NCBI GenBank assembly: GCA_038227875.1
Contig: JBBRPR010000005.1
Location: 64,001 to 128,000, forward strand
From: Planctomycetota bacterium
Lineage (GTDB): Bacteria > Planctomycetota > SZUA-567 > H5-PLA8
Direction of reading: 5' to 3'
DNA length: 64,000 bases
Position 1 is the stretch's first letter, and each line of letters begins with the position of its first letter. Below are positions 9,951 through 20,030 of the stretch, piece by piece. Below the pieces are notes generated by a model that was not told the DNA's origin, searched no databases, and worked only from the letters and a program-made list of their open reading frames with translations. The position numbers and the translations under genes are program-made.

Positions 9951-10565
9951 TTACCGTTCCTGTTCCGTCTCGGCCTTCACCTGCTTCAACCGCGCCTGGA
10001 GGTCTTCGGGCAGCGCGGATTCGATCTTGGGGGTGATCAGGTGTTCTTCGAGCAAGTCCTGGATGTGGACGATGTCCACGTGCCGGTAGCTGGTCAGCTT
10101 CATCATCAGCAGCGGTTCCAGCAGCAGGCATTCGAAACCCAGCAGTGACGGGAAGGAATAGAATCCTTCCAGTTTCGGCGTCGGGTGCGCATAGCGTTCG
10201 CGTAATTTTTCGCCGGCGCGGATCAGCCGGACGTTGTTGCTGCGGCGGTCGAGGTGCGAGCTGGTCAGCGCCGATTGCAGGTCGATCGCTTCGCGGCCGG
10301 AGGCCTTGAGCAGTTCACGGACTTTTTCGATATCGGCGGCGTTGACCAGCACGTCGACGTTGCCCTTGGCGTGCGCGGAGCCGCCGTCGACTTCCCAGAC
10401 CAGCGCGTGGACGGCCAGGCCGCCGGCGATGGCGTGGTGGATCTGGCTGCGGCGCAGGAGCGTGCTGACTTTGCGCGCGCGTTCGATCACGCGCTCAATG
10501 CTGTATTCATCGCCGACGCGAGCGCCCGCGCCGGTCTTTGCGGCTGTCCAGGGATCCGATGGCAT
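9951..10565 (-). CDS. Nucleotidyltransferase-fold protein (AbiEii/MenT-like), degenerate active site
   Basis: AIAGGLAV followed by KGNVDVLV (normally RxTxDxD), and C-terminal MKLTSYRHVDIVHIQDLL. Confidence 0.7.
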   Translation of the reverse strand: MPSDPWTAAKTGAGARVGDEYSIERVIERARKVSTLLRRSQIHHAIAGGLAVHALVWEVDGGSAHAKGNVDVLVNAADIEKVRELLKASGREAIDLQSALTSSHLDRRSNNVRLIRAGEKLRERYAHPTPKLEGFYSFPSLLGFECLLLEPLLMMKLTSYRHVDIVHIQDLLEEHLITPKIESALPEDLQARLKQVKAETEQER

Positions 10566-10603
10566 AATAGTTTAGTCTCTCGTCCGGAGTTCCTCAGTCA
10601 GAC

Positions 10604-11665
10604 TTACGCGCTCTTGGCAGTCATCCCGGCCACGCGGGGGTCGGCGAGGTTTTCGCTTTCCTGGCGGGGCACTTCCTTGAGCATCATCTCGATGATCTTG
10701 TCGGAGTTGATGCCTTCGGCTTCCGCGTTGAAGTTGGTGATGATGCGGTGGCGCAGCGTCGGCACCGCGACGGCAGCGATGTCCTCCGTCGAGACATAGT
10801 AGCGGCCCTGCAGAATCGCGCGGGCCTTCGCGCCGAGGATCAAGTTCTGGCTCGCGCGCGGACCGGCGCCCCAGCTGACGTTATCCTGGATGAACTTGGG
10901 CACGCCGCCTTTGCTCACGCGGGTCATGCGCACCAGCTTCATCGCGTAGCGGACGACATGGTCGGCGACCGGCACGCGGCGGACGATTTCCTGGAGCTCG
11001 ATGATTTCCGGCGCCGTCAGCGTCTTGGTGAGCACCGGCTTGAAGGGCGCGGTGGTCAGCTTGACGATCTGGAACTCTTCCTCTTCCGACGGATAGTCAA
11101 CGAAGACCTTGAACATAAAACGGTCCAGCTGGGCTTCGGGGAGCGGGTAGGTGCCTTCCTGTTCGATCGGGTTCTGCGTGGCGAGCACGAAGAAGGGCTG
11201 TTCGAGCTTGCGGCGCACGCCGCCGGTGGTGACCTGGTGTTCCTGCATCGCTTCCAGCAGCGCGGCCTGCGTCTTGGGCGGCGTGCGGTTGATTTCGTCG
11301 GCGAGAATCACGTTGGCGAACAACGGGCCGGAGATGAATTTGAATTCGCGCGCGCCGGTGGCCTTGTTTTCCTGGATCACTTCCGTGCCGGTGATGTCGG
11401 AGGGCATCAAGTCGGGCGTGAACTGGATGCGGGCGAATTTCAGGCTGAGCGTGTCGGCCAGCGTGCTGATCAAGAGCGTCTTGGCCAGTCCCGGCACGCC
11501 TTCCAGCATGCAATGACCGCGCGCGAAGATCGCGACCATCAGTTCTTCGATCACGGTCTCCTGGCCGACGATGACCTTCGACAGTTCTGCCTTGATCTGC
11601 TTGTAGGTGGCGTTGAGCTTCTGGACCGACTGGATGTCCTTCTCGTTGCTTGCTTCGTCAGCCAT
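10604..11665 (-). CDS. moxR: MoxR family AAA+ ATPase
   Basis: [70 protein letters not shown]. Confidence 0.97.
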   Translation of the reverse strand: MADEASNEKDIQSVQKLNATYKQIKAELSKVIVGQETVIEELMVAIFARGHCMLEGVPGLAKTLLISTLADTLSLKFARIQFTPDLMPSDITGTEVIQENKATGAREFKFISGPLFANVILADEINRTPPKTQAALLEAMQEHQVTTGGVRRKLEQPFFVLATQNPIEQEGTYPLPEAQLDRFMFKVFVDYPSEEEEFQIVKLTTAPFKPVLTKTLTAPEIIELQEIVRRVPVADHVVRYAMKLVRMTRVSKGGVPKFIQDNVSWGAGPRASQNLILGAKARAILQGRYYVSTEDIAAVAVPTLRHRIITNFNAEAEGINSDKIIEMMLKEVPRQESENLADPRVAGMTAKSA

Positions 11666-11742
11666 GAACCGATCTCCCTTTTCATTCTGTTGCGCGCGGC
11701 ATCAACCTTCAGACAGTCCTGCTTTGGATTTCTCCACCACAA

Positions 11743-11779
11743 ACATCCGGCACACACATCCGGCACACACATCCGGCAC
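11743..11779. repeat. 13-bp tandem repeat (ACATCCGGCACAC, about 2.8 copies)
   Basis: Read directly in the intergenic gap between the large propeller gene and moxR. Confidence 0.9.
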
Positions 11780-11785
11780 TGCAGG

Positions 11786-14700
11786 TTACTTGGAAAACTC
11801 ACCTTTCGAGAACAATCGCGGTTCCGGCGGCGAGAGCACGCCGGGGCTGGAGCCCACGGCCTTCTCGGGCGTGCCGTCGTCCTGATCCTGATCGAGGACG
11901 GCGAAGGAGAAGCCGAACTGCTTGCCGGGTTCGGCTTTCAGCGCCACGGAGGCCAGCGGCAGCGCGAATTGATAGACGGTGGTCTTCGCACCTTCGTTGC
12001 GGGCGACGAAGACGCCGTTTTCGATCGGGGTGCGCCCGGTCAGGAATTTTCCGTGTTCCACCCAGCGCCAGCCCACCGGCGTGCCGGCCTTGGAGAGGCC
12101 GCCGCCGAGCGAAAATTCCTCGCCGCGGAAGGCCACGCCGCCGTCGTTGTTGCTGTCGAACATCAGCAGCGCACTGTCGCCGAGGTCGATCAATTGGCCT
12201 TCGGCCTGATCGTTCTTGTGCTTGTCATCCTTCACGGTCAGCAGCACGTAGATGTTCTTATCGTCGTAGCCGCCGCGGAACGAGACGCTCAGGTCGTCGG
12301 CGCCCTTCCAGGCGGCCTTGCGCGACGCGGCTCCGGGGACCTGTTCGCTGGTCAAGTAGACGTCGCGCCAGGAATCGAATTTCTGTTCGGCGGCATTTTT
12401 CCAGTCGTCGAGGTTGCCGTCGAGCTTCGGGGCCTTGTCGAGTTTCGCGAATTTGAGCGTGGGCTTGATCTTGATCGCATGGTCGCGGCGCATCTTGGCG
12501 AAGACGTCGTAGACCTGCGAGAACTTGTCGTCGCTGAGCGCCGTGTTGCCGCTGAGCACTTTGGTCAGCGCGCCGAGCGCTTTGTCGTGTTCGCCGGAGT
12601 CGTACTGCGCACGCGCCCAGCGCAGCGCCAGGTCGGCGTCTTCCGGATTCTTCTGGTACTTTTCGTCGAGTGCCTTGGCGTCGCTGCCGGAACTTTCACC
12701 TTCGGCGGAGACATAAGAGGTGCGCCGCCGCGCTTCGCTGACGGTCAGGCCGCCATCGAAGAGCTGGAGCGAATACGAACCGTGCGTGCCGTCGGCGTTG
12801 AGGGTTGGATCGGAGGCCAGCGACTGGTCCCACGTGAGCTTGCCGGTGCGGCGGTCGACGAGGACCACGGCCGAAGCTTTCGCGCCGGTGGGATCCCAGT
12901 TGCTCTGCGTCAGCACGAGGTGGTGCGCGGTGATCAGGTTTTCAGGGATCGAGAGCTGGCCGGCGAATTCCGACGCGGCGTCCGTCTCCCACTGGAACTT
13001 GCCGCCTTTGGGGATCGAGTACGACTTGAGCTTGGTCGCACGCCCGCCGCTCTTGCCCGGTTCGGTCACGACCACGTAAAGGTCGTCGGCGTCGGCGTGG
13101 ATGTCGGTGACGTTGCCGGAGAGATCGATCCACCAGGATGAATGGTCGCCTTCGCCATCTGTCTTGTACGCGCGGACTTTCTTTTCCGGCGTCGCGGGGG
13201 TGATGGCGAAAAGCAGGGCGCGGGTGGCGTAGAAGCCGCGGACATCGGAGTCGCACTGCGATTCCCAGATGAGCTTGCCGGTGTGCGTGTCGAAGGCGCG
13301 GATCTTCTTGCCCTGGTCGGCGAGGTACATGCGGTCGCCGTTGATCACCGGCCCAGCGCTGATTCCCGACGTGGCATCGACGATCCCGCGCTTGGCTTCG
13401 GTATCGAGATCGTAGAGCAGGACTTTGAGCGGCGTGCCCACCGAAACAGCGACGCAGCCATCGCCCACGGCCGGCAAGCCGAAAATTGGGCCTTCCAGCT
13501 GCGTGAACCAGAGTTCAGTGCCCGAGGACGCATCCAGAACGCTCAGCGTTCCTGTCGGATACACGACGACGACTTTTTGTGCGTCAGGAGAGATCAGCGG
13601 CGGCAACTGCAGCCCGGCGCGGAGCGTGTAGCGCCAGACGACCTTGCCTTTGTCCTTGCTGTCGAGCGCCACGATTTCCGAATCGCCGAAGAGGACCATC
13701 ATGCGGTCGGCCCAGTAGACAGCCGGACGGCACCCGGCCGGCAGTTTCGGGCGCGGCTGCCAGAGGTCGTCGCCGCCCTCGCGGCCGGAGACGACGGAAA
13801 GTTCCGACTGGTTCTCGACGAAGAAGAGATTGCGGCGCATGTCCTGCGGAATCATGCCGTGCATCACCACCGGCGCCGATTGTGCGGCGGCCTGGCGCGA
13901 CCACGCGGCCTTCGGCTTTTCGCGGCCGAGGGTATAGATCGCCGACGAGGGCGAGCCCTGGAAGAGCTTGTCGGCGAGGCGGTTTTTCGCCCAGTCTTTG
14001 GCCGAGATCGGCGCGGCCAGTTTGGTTTCGGGATTGAGCGGATCGAATTCGAGCTTCACATCCGCAGCGTCGGCGCGGGCGTTGATGCGGTAGAGGACAT
14101 CCTGCGCGGCGGCGAGCATGCGCGAGCGCTCCAAGCCGGCTTCCAGCAGCGCCAGGCCCTGCACGGCTTCGGGGGTGTTGCCGGCGCGGTTGAGGTAGCG
14201 GCGCGCGTTCTGACGGGCGCGGTCGGGATCGGTCGGGAGCGCCAGTTGGGCGAGTTTCAGCAGCGCCTGGCGGCTGGCGCCGGCATTGGGATAGGTGGAA
14301 ACGAGCGTTTCCAATGCCGCGGAATCGTTGCCGGCCTGCGTGAGCGCGGCCGTCGCTTCGGCTTCGATCTTGGCGTAGGCTTCCGGATTCTTGCGGCGTA
14401 TCTCTTCGATGCGCGCCTGCACAAATAACCGCGCGCGCGAGGACGAGCCGGCGACGAACGCGTAGACTACGTCGCCGTACTTCGAGACGATCTCCTGGTA
14501 GTGCTGCAAGGCCGTGGCGGCATCACCGCGGGCATTGGCGTTTTCGGCCATCAGGTTCAGCGCGATGACGGGCAGTTCCTTGCCGGCTTCGGGAAGTTTG
14601 GCCGCTTCGTACGCGCGCTTGAAGTACGCGTACGCTTTTTCGCCCTGCTCCTTGAGGCCCAGCGACTTGAGCGTTTCGAAGCGCTGCGTGCGCATCTGCG

Positions 14701-17359
14701 CGAGATTGCCGGCAGCTTTCGGATCGGCTTTCAGTTTCTCGGCTTCGGCTTCACCTTTTTCGAGCGTATTCAGCGCGTCTTCGAAGTGTTCGACGCGGAA
14801 GTAGACGCCGGCCAGTTCGACGTACGAGGCCAGGTCGGTGGGTTCCGCGGCGAGGCGGTCTTTGAGCTTGCGTTCCATCTCTTCCCAGACGAAGAACGCG
14901 TTGACGCGGTTGTGGCTGACGGTGTAGAGCACGTCGCCGGCGATGAAGACGTTGCCGGCTTCATCCTTGGCGTTGTTCCATTTGAATTCGTCGCGGACCT
15001 TGGCGGTGAACTTGTCCTTGTCGCCGGTGGCCGTCTTTTCTTTCGTCACCGTCGCGTCGATGCGGACGAGCGAACGCTCGGTCGGCACCAGCGCCATGTT
15101 TTCCGTCACCACGCCGCGGCCGAAGATGGGGCTGTCCGTGGCGATCGATTCGCCCGGGCCGGAGATCTTGCCGCTCCAGGCATCGAAGAAGTGGACGCGG
15201 CTGCCGGTGATGCAGAGATTGCCGTTGACGATGCCAAGGATGTGCTTCAAGCCGCCGACTTCCGCCGCGTCGGTCTTTTTCATGCGTTCGATGTGGTACT
15301 TGCGCTGGCCCATCTCGAAGGGCGTGCCCTTGTCGGTCTTGCCGTCTTCGGTGTAATAGGCGTAGAGCATGTCGGAATCCTGCGGCGTGACGATCAGCAG
15401 GTTCTTGTAGACGATCGGTGGGTTGGGTCCCCAGAAATCGCTGGGCAGGTTGGACTGATCGCCGTTCCAGCGGCCGGGCTGGATCTTGACGCGGTCGTAG
15501 ACGCGGATCCAGCGGATCGTTCCGCCGAGGGCATCCAGCGCGGCGACGGCGCCGAGATTGGTGCAGACATAGACGGCGCCGTTGGCGACCGTGACAGGCA
15601 GTCCGACGTCGGGCTGGACCACGCCGCCGACAAAGACGGGGTTGGCGGCGCAGATCATCGTGTGCCAGAGCATGCGGCCGGATTCAGCATCGAACGCGGC
15701 GGCCCAGGCTTCATTGGTGCCGCCGATGTGGACGGCCATGGAGTAGAGCACGCCGTTTTCGTACGTCGGAGCGCTGGTGAAGTAGACGGATTTCAGCCAA
15801 TCCTGATCGGCCTTGGTGTGGCTCAGGAACGTTGGCGAATCGGGTTTCAACGTCCAGACCAGCTTGCCGGATTCGACCGTGCCACCGGTGCGCTGGCGAC
15901 CGAGCGAGACGAGATAATTCGAGGGCGAGCGCTGTTCCATCCCGCCGCCGCGGAACATGTTCGGATCCATCGCCACCGGGTCGCCGCCGCAGACCATGTA
16001 GAGGCGTTCGTTGGCGATCGTGACGAAGTACGGATGCTGGTAGATGCCCTGCTGCGCCTGGCGCGCACGGCGGCGGCCGGAATTGTCCTGATCGGCCGGG
16101 AAGACGAACTTGGCGTTGCCGCCCACGCTGGGCACGCCGGGCACGGGCATGCCGACGGGATAGGCCACGACCATTTGCGAATCGCAGAGGTAAAAGTAGC
16201 CTTCGTGCGCGACCAATTGGTGATTGAGTGTGGGCACGTCGATAATTGGCTGACCGTTGTTGACCTGAACATTCGGATCGGCGTTGCCGGGCGCGTCCGC
16301 GCCGGGGCCGTAGAGCAGCTGATTGAGCGAGACCGACCAGCGCGAGACGCCGACGCTGCTGCGCGCGGGCACGACTTTGTTGTGCGCCGCGTTGCCAAAA
16401 TACGTGTCCCACGAGCGGTTGGCATCGCCTGCCAATGAGGCCGGCGCGTTGCCGGCGGTCATCGCCGCGACGCGCGCGGTGAGGCTGGCGATCGCTTTTT
16501 CGCCTTCCAGGTTTCCGGCCCGGACGGGGCCGTTGGCCGGATCCTGGCTGGCGGTCTTGAGATCCTTCAGCGCGTTCTGCGCGCCAACCACTTCGCCGAG
16601 CTGAATAAACGCGAGCACCTTGCGGATCAGCAGTCCCGACGAGAGCGGCTTGGACGCTTCGTCCTTCAGCACGCGATCGACGCGCGCGATCGACTGGCGA
16701 CGGGCTCCGGAATCGTAGGAGACTTCCGCCAGCCACGTCATTGCAGGAACGCCGACCGACGTCGAGGCGTACTCGACGGCCACCTGCTCCATCTTGCGTT
16801 CGTCGGCGCGGTCTTGAGCTTCCTGGAAAAGCGCTTTCGCCGTCGGGTCGTTGACGGCGCGGTAAATTTCCAGCCCGCCGCGAGGAAGGCTGGCGATGTC
16901 TGTGGCGACGCGTTCGCGGGTCGACTTGTAGAGGCCGTTCTTGAAGGGATCGTTGTCGGGTTCCTTGATCAGAACCTTCTCCGGGCCTTCCCATTTGTCG
17001 AGGTAGACGCTGTTGGGGTACTTCTTCAGAATTTCGGCGTAGTACTTCACACATTCCGGCCAGACGGAGGGATCGGTCATGGCCTTTTCGCGGGCCTTCT
17101 GGGCTTTCTTGAGGAGATCGACGACGCCCTGCTCTTCGGCCAGCGTAACGTTGTGGTCGGGGCCTTTGGCTTTTTCTTCGGCGGGCGGGGGCGGATCCTT
17201 GGGTTCAGCGGCTTGGGCGTTGCAATAAGAGGTAGAAAAGGTTAACGGAACCAGCAGTCCCGCCAGCGCCACGAGGGCAGACCAAGGCGGTAAGTCCTTC
17301 GAGAATTGGGCTTGCACGGGAGTTGGAATCCTTTCCCCGTTGATCAACAGGCCGACCAA
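11786..17359 (-). CDS. Large secreted protein with PQQ-type (BamB-like) beta-propeller repeats, TPR segments and a C-terminal CBM9/DOMON-like domain
   Basis: Signal-like WSALVALAGLLVPLTF...NAQA; repeats AFDAESGRMLW, ALDALGGTIRW, VLDASSGTELW, AFDTHTGKLIW; C-terminal APKLDGNLDDW...YDDKNIYVLLTVKDD...GDS...FGFSFAVLDQD. Start codon uncertain. Confidence 0.85.
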   Translation of the reverse strand: MVGLLINGERIPTPVQAQFSKDLPPWSALVALAGLLVPLTFSTSYCNAQAAEPKDPPPPAEEKAKGPDHNVTLAEEQGVVDLLKKAQKAREKAMTDPSVWPECVKYYAEILKKYPNSVYLDKWEGPEKVLIKEPDNDPFKNGLYKSTRERVATDIASLPRGGLEIYRAVNDPTAKALFQEAQDRADERKMEQVAVEYASTSVGVPAMTWLAEVSYDSGARRQSIARVDRVLKDEASKPLSSGLLIRKVLAFIQLGEVVGAQNALKDLKTASQDPANGPVRAGNLEGEKAIASLTARVAAMTAGNAPASLAGDANRSWDTYFGNAAHNKVVPARSSVGVSRWSVSLNQLLYGPGADAPGNADPNVQVNNGQPIIDVPTLNHQLVAHEGYFYLCDSQMVVAYPVGMPVPGVPSVGGNAKFVFPADQDNSGRRRARQAQQGIYQHPYFVTIANERLYMVCGGDPVAMDPNMFRGGGMEQRSPSNYLVSLGRQRTGGTVESGKLVWTLKPDSPTFLSHTKADQDWLKSVYFTSAPTYENGVLYSMAVHIGGTNEAWAAAFDAESGRMLWHTMICAANPVFVGGVVQPDVGLPVTVANGAVYVCTNLGAVAALDALGGTIRWIRVYDRVKIQPGRWNGDQSNLPSDFWGPNPPIVYKNLLIVTPQDSDMLYAYYTEDGKTDKGTPFEMGQRKYHIERMKKTDAAEVGGLKHILGIVNGNLCITGSRVHFFDAWSGKISGPGESIATDSPIFGRGVVTENMALVPTERSLVRIDATVTKEKTATGDKDKFTAKVRDEFKWNNAKDEAGNVFIAGDVLYTVSHNRVNAFFVWEEMERKLKDRLAAEPTDLASYVELAGVYFRVEHFEDALNTLEKGEAEAEKLKADPKAAGNLAQMRTQRFETLKSLGLKEQGEKAYAYFKRAYEAAKLPEAGKELPVIALNLMAENANARGDAATALQHYQEIVSKYGDVVYAFVAGSSSRARLFVQARIEEIRRKNPEAYAKIEAEATAALTQAGNDSAALETLVSTYPNAGASRQALLKLAQLALPTDPDRARQNARRYLNRAGNTPEAVQGLALLEAGLERSRMLAAAQDVLYRINARADAADVKLEFDPLNPETKLAAPISAKDWAKNRLADKLFQGSPSSAIYTLGREKPKAAWSRQAAAQSAPVVMHGMIPQDMRRNLFFVENQSELSVVSGREGGDDLWQPRPKLPAGCRPAVYWADRMMVLFGDSEIVALDSKDKGKVVWRYTLRAGLQLPPLISPDAQKVVVVYPTGTLSVLDASSGTELWFTQLEGPIFGLPAVGDGCVAVSVGTPLKVLLYDLDTEAKRGIVDATSGISAGPVINGDRMYLADQGKKIRAFDTHTGKLIWESQCDSDVRGFYATRALLFAITPATPEKKVRAYKTDGEGDHSSWWIDLSGNVTDIHADADDLYVVVTEPGKSGGRATKLKSYSIPKGGKFQWETDAASEFAGQLSIPENLITAHHLVLTQSNWDPTGAKASAVVLVDRRTGKLTWDQSLASDPTLNADGTHGSYSLQLFDGGLTVSEARRRTSYVSAEGESSGSDAKALDEKYQKNPEDADLALRWARAQYDSGEHDKALGALTKVLSGNTALSDDKFSQVYDVFAKMRRDHAIKIKPTLKFAKLDKAPKLDGNLDDWKNAAEQKFDSWRDVYLTSEQVPGAASRKAAWKGADDLSVSFRGGYDDKNIYVLLTVKDDKHKNDQAEGQLIDLGDSALLMFDSNNDGGVAFRGEEFSLGGGLSKAGTPVGWRWVEHGKFLTGRTPIENGVFVARNEGAKTTVYQFALPLASVALKAEPGKQFGFSFAVLDQDQDDGTPEKAVGSSPGVLSPPEPRLFSKGEFSK

Positions 17360-17602
17360 CCAGCACTCAACCAGCTCTTAAGTGGCATACGAGGCGAACG
17401 CTTCGTTTCTGGCACAAATTCTGCTCGAAAGCATTAGCCTTGTCGACCGCCGATTTTGCGAGCCCGCGCTCCGCACACGTGATTTGGCACAATGATTAAG
17501 ACGCCGCGGGTTTGGGATTGTTACAGATCAATTAAATATAGTAGGCAGAAGGCAGCGGCAGCAAGCAGTCTGATGATGGGGACGAACCTTGCGAGAGTAG
17601 CT

Positions 17603-17620
17603 TGGCGCAAATTTGCGCCA
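17603..17620. promoter_or_regulatory. Perfect 18-bp palindrome TGGCGCAAATTTGCGCCA (terminator hairpin or protein-binding site)
   Basis: Read directly; lies just past the 3' end of the anti-sigma gene and upstream of the MoxR operon. Confidence 0.5.
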
Positions 17621-17647
17621 TGTTGGCTTTTGACCACTCCCTTGACC

Positions 17648-18085
17648 TTAGGGATTACCACGAAGCGCCATCACTCCGAAGTACGCGGCGACGGCCAGGA
17701 AGAGTGCGACGAGCAGAATCCATGCGGGTGGCAGCGACTTGGCAGTGTCTTCTTCGTCTTCGATCAAGCCTGAGGAGCGGACGCTCGCCTTGGCGGCGGC
17801 GTTGAACTGCTCGGACGGCACCTGCTGGGATTCACGAATCATCTGCTGAACGACGGATTTGCGGAACTCGCCGGAACCCTTCACGCCATCCCAGTTGCGC
17901 ACGACGTTTTTCAAGCCGTTGAGGCGGACCGATTCGGTCGTGCACTTCGAACACGTCGTGAGATGGCGTTCGACGGCGGCCTTCTCCGCGCCGCTGAGTT
18001 CCCGGTCGACGTAATCGGAGAGCAACTCGCGGCATTGCTCGCAGTTCAGTTCCGTGATCGCGGGTTGATTTTTAGTGTCGCTCAT
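17648..18085 (-). CDS. zf-HC2 anti-sigma factor with C-terminal TM helix
   Basis: CEQCRELLSDYVDREL...HLTTCSKC; C-terminal WILLVALFLAVAAYFGVMAL; downstream of an ECF sigma. Confidence 0.9.
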   Translation of the reverse strand: MSDTKNQPAITELNCEQCRELLSDYVDRELSGAEKAAVERHLTTCSKCTTESVRLNGLKNVVRNWDGVKGSGEFRKSVVQQMIRESQQVPSEQFNAAAKASVRSSGLIEDEEDTAKSLPPAWILLVALFLAVAAYFGVMALRGNP

Positions 18086-18289
18086 CGCCCAGCATTCCGT
18101 TTCCGCTTCAGCTACGTGGCCGCGCTGTTACTTACACCGGCCGCACCAACGTCAGTCACTTATTGTGGTCCGGGCGCCCCGCCCGGTCCTCTTGAAAATT
18201 CCGCGCGCCCGTCCCGACAACGTGCCTCTTGAAAGAAGACCACAGTATATAGTTCCCATCCGGACGAAACTATTCCCGCCTTACTGCGC

Positions 18290-18997
18290 CTACTTCTCCT
18301 GAGCCTGAAGAATTTTGAGCGTCTCACGCAACGTTTCGCGGCCGCGCTTGACGCGCATCTTGATCGCGCTGACCGTCACGCCCAGGATTTCCGCGATGTC
18401 TTGGTACTGCATGTGATGGTACTCGACCATCACCAGCGTTGTGCGCTGATCGTCGGGCAGATGGTCGATGGCCTTGCCGATCAGGTGCTGCGCCTCGCGC
18501 CGTTCGGCGTCGCTGAGCGGCGAGGGATCGCCCGAGGCGACGCGTTCGATGATCTTGGTGCCTTCCGGATCTTCGCCGGCCGGTTCGTCGAGCGAAAGCG
18601 TCTGGCGAAGCTTGCCCTTTTTCAATTCGTTGATGCAAAGGTTGGCGGCGATCTTGTAGAGCCACGTCGTGAACTTCGCGACCGGCTGATAGCGCTTGGA
18701 ATTACGGAAGACGCGCAGGAAGGTTTCCTGCGCGATGTCCTCGGCGCCTTCGCGGCTGCGCATGAAGGCGTAGCAGAACGTGATCACCTGGGTTTCGTAG
18801 CGCGAGAGCAGTTCTTCAAACGCGTAGTGCGAACCGTTGGCGAGATGGACCATCAGTGATTCGTCGGTGGCGCCGCCGAGTTCTGTGGGCGGACTGTCCG
18901 GACCGTTGGTGGGCCCCACCAAGTCGGAATTGGGCACGGGAGTGGAGGCGGGATTGGGTGAAGCGGAGGAACTGGTCGTCTGGCCAGGTTCAGTCAT
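18290..18997 (-). CDS. ECF-type RNA polymerase sigma factor
   Basis: AEDIAQETFLRVFRN...KFTTWLYKIAANLCIN; region 4 YQDIAEILGVTVSAIKMRVKRGRETL. Confidence 0.95.
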   Translation of the reverse strand: MTEPGQTTSSSASPNPASTPVPNSDLVGPTNGPDSPPTELGGATDESLMVHLANGSHYAFEELLSRYETQVITFCYAFMRSREGAEDIAQETFLRVFRNSKRYQPVAKFTTWLYKIAANLCINELKKGKLRQTLSLDEPAGEDPEGTKIIERVASGDPSPLSDAERREAQHLIGKAIDHLPDDQRTTLVMVEYHHMQYQDIAEILGVTVSAIKMRVKRGRETLRETLKILQAQEK

Positions 18998-19112
18998 GGC
19001 AAGCTCTCTCAGTCCCGGCCGTCAGACATTTCCGCCGCGTGGTCCGCGGCAGTTCCGCGGTGCTCTTATTTGACGCGAACGAAAGTCTTAAAGCAATATT
19101 TACTTATACTTC

Positions 19113-19424
19113 TTACGGCGATACGGGGTCACCGTTTGCCTCGATCCACTTTTCTTCCGGCAGTCCGTATTCGAATTCGACGTCCCACTTGGCCTCCTGA
19201 ATCGAGGGGTGGGTTGTCTTCCAGACCAGCGCGCCTTCGCCGTCAAAGCGCGAGACGGAGTAGGCACCGTCGCGGCCGGGGACTTCTTCGAGCACCAACC
19301 TGACGACGCGATGCGTCACATCCGTAAACGAATCCTTGCCGTTCGCTGCCGGGTTGCGCTTGAAGAACCGCACGCGCGGAAATTCCGAGACGCGAATGCT
19401 GGCCTGAAACACTGGATTTGGCAT
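19113..19424 (-). CDS. Hypothetical protein (~103 aa)
   Basis: Probable ATG 19424 with GGAGAG upstream; C-terminal TTHPSIQEAKWDVEFEYGL looks like a real folded domain. Confidence 0.6.
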   Translation of the reverse strand: MPNPVFQASIRVSEFPRVRFFKRNPAANGKDSFTDVTHRVVRLVLEEVPGRDGAYSVSRFDGEGALVWKTTHPSIQEAKWDVEFEYGLPEEKWIEANGDPVSP

Positions 19425-19562
19425 TGCCGAACCGAAACTCTCCGACCGAGCAGTTGAAGGCACAAGCACCACGTCTGGCTCGAAATGTAGCACTTACTGA
19501 TGTTTGCGACAATCTTTAAACCATGAAAGCTTGTTTCGGCAGCAGTTGCCGAGGTATTAAGT

Positions 19563-19624
19563 TGGTGCCACTGGCACGAACGAATCTGAGAGTAGCGAAG
19601 ATTCGGCCTTGCCAGTGCGACCGC
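19563..19624 (+). repeat. REP-like palindromic dispersed repeat, copy 2
   Basis: GGTGCCACTGGCA...CGAATCT/AGATTCG...TGCCAGTGCGACC; inverted copy of 3885-3946. Confidence 0.85.
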
Positions 19625-19646
19625 GCTGGGCGACGCGGTCGCGCCA

Positions 19647-20030
19647 TCAGGATAACTCACTTCTTAGTCGCTCACGCCGCCGCGCAAACCACTCGAAGAA
19701 GGCCAGTGTGGATGAAAGCAGGATAATAAACGCGGCTACGTTTATGCCGAGGTTCAATCCGTTCCAGTAGGGATCCCACGGGGGAATGCGATCCCATCGA
19801 ACCCATGGATCGACTTCGATACTAAGAGATTTGTAGGACACCAAGGAAACAGTGGCCATGTTCGCCGGCCAGCCGTACTGCCACGACGGATCCAAATTTG
19901 GTCTGCCGCTCTTGGTATAACCTTCAATTATCTCGACGCTCCGCCGCCGCACATTCAGCCCCAGCATCATCGACGCAACAACCATCGCCATGACCGCGGT
20001 CGAAAGATGAATCTGCCAAAAGCGTCGCAT
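19647..20030 (-). CDS. Small two-TM membrane protein
   Basis: ATG 20030 with GGAGG; MRRFWQIHLSTAVMAMVVA start resembles the planctomycete 'RFQFSLRTLL'-type N-terminus; YGWP motif; second TM at the C-terminus. Confidence 0.75.
   Translation of the reverse strand: MRRFWQIHLSTAVMAMVVASMMLGLNVRRRSVEIIEGYTKSGRPNLDPSWQYGWPANMATVSLVSYKSLSIEVDPWVRWDRIPPWDPYWNGLNLGINVAAFIILLSSTLAFFEWFARRRERLRSELS

Noticed and set aside
4601..16438. Long plus-strand ORFs (4601..6553, 6841..8811, 10748..13141, 13142..14428, 14501..16438)
   Set aside because: Antisense to well-supported genes; long stop-free opposite frames are expected at high GC3, and the translations carry no motifs.
17410..17425. Sigma54-like TGGCAC-N5-CTGC on the plus strand
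   Set aside because: Spacing fits, but it points away from the adjacent gene and no credible plus-strand gene follows.
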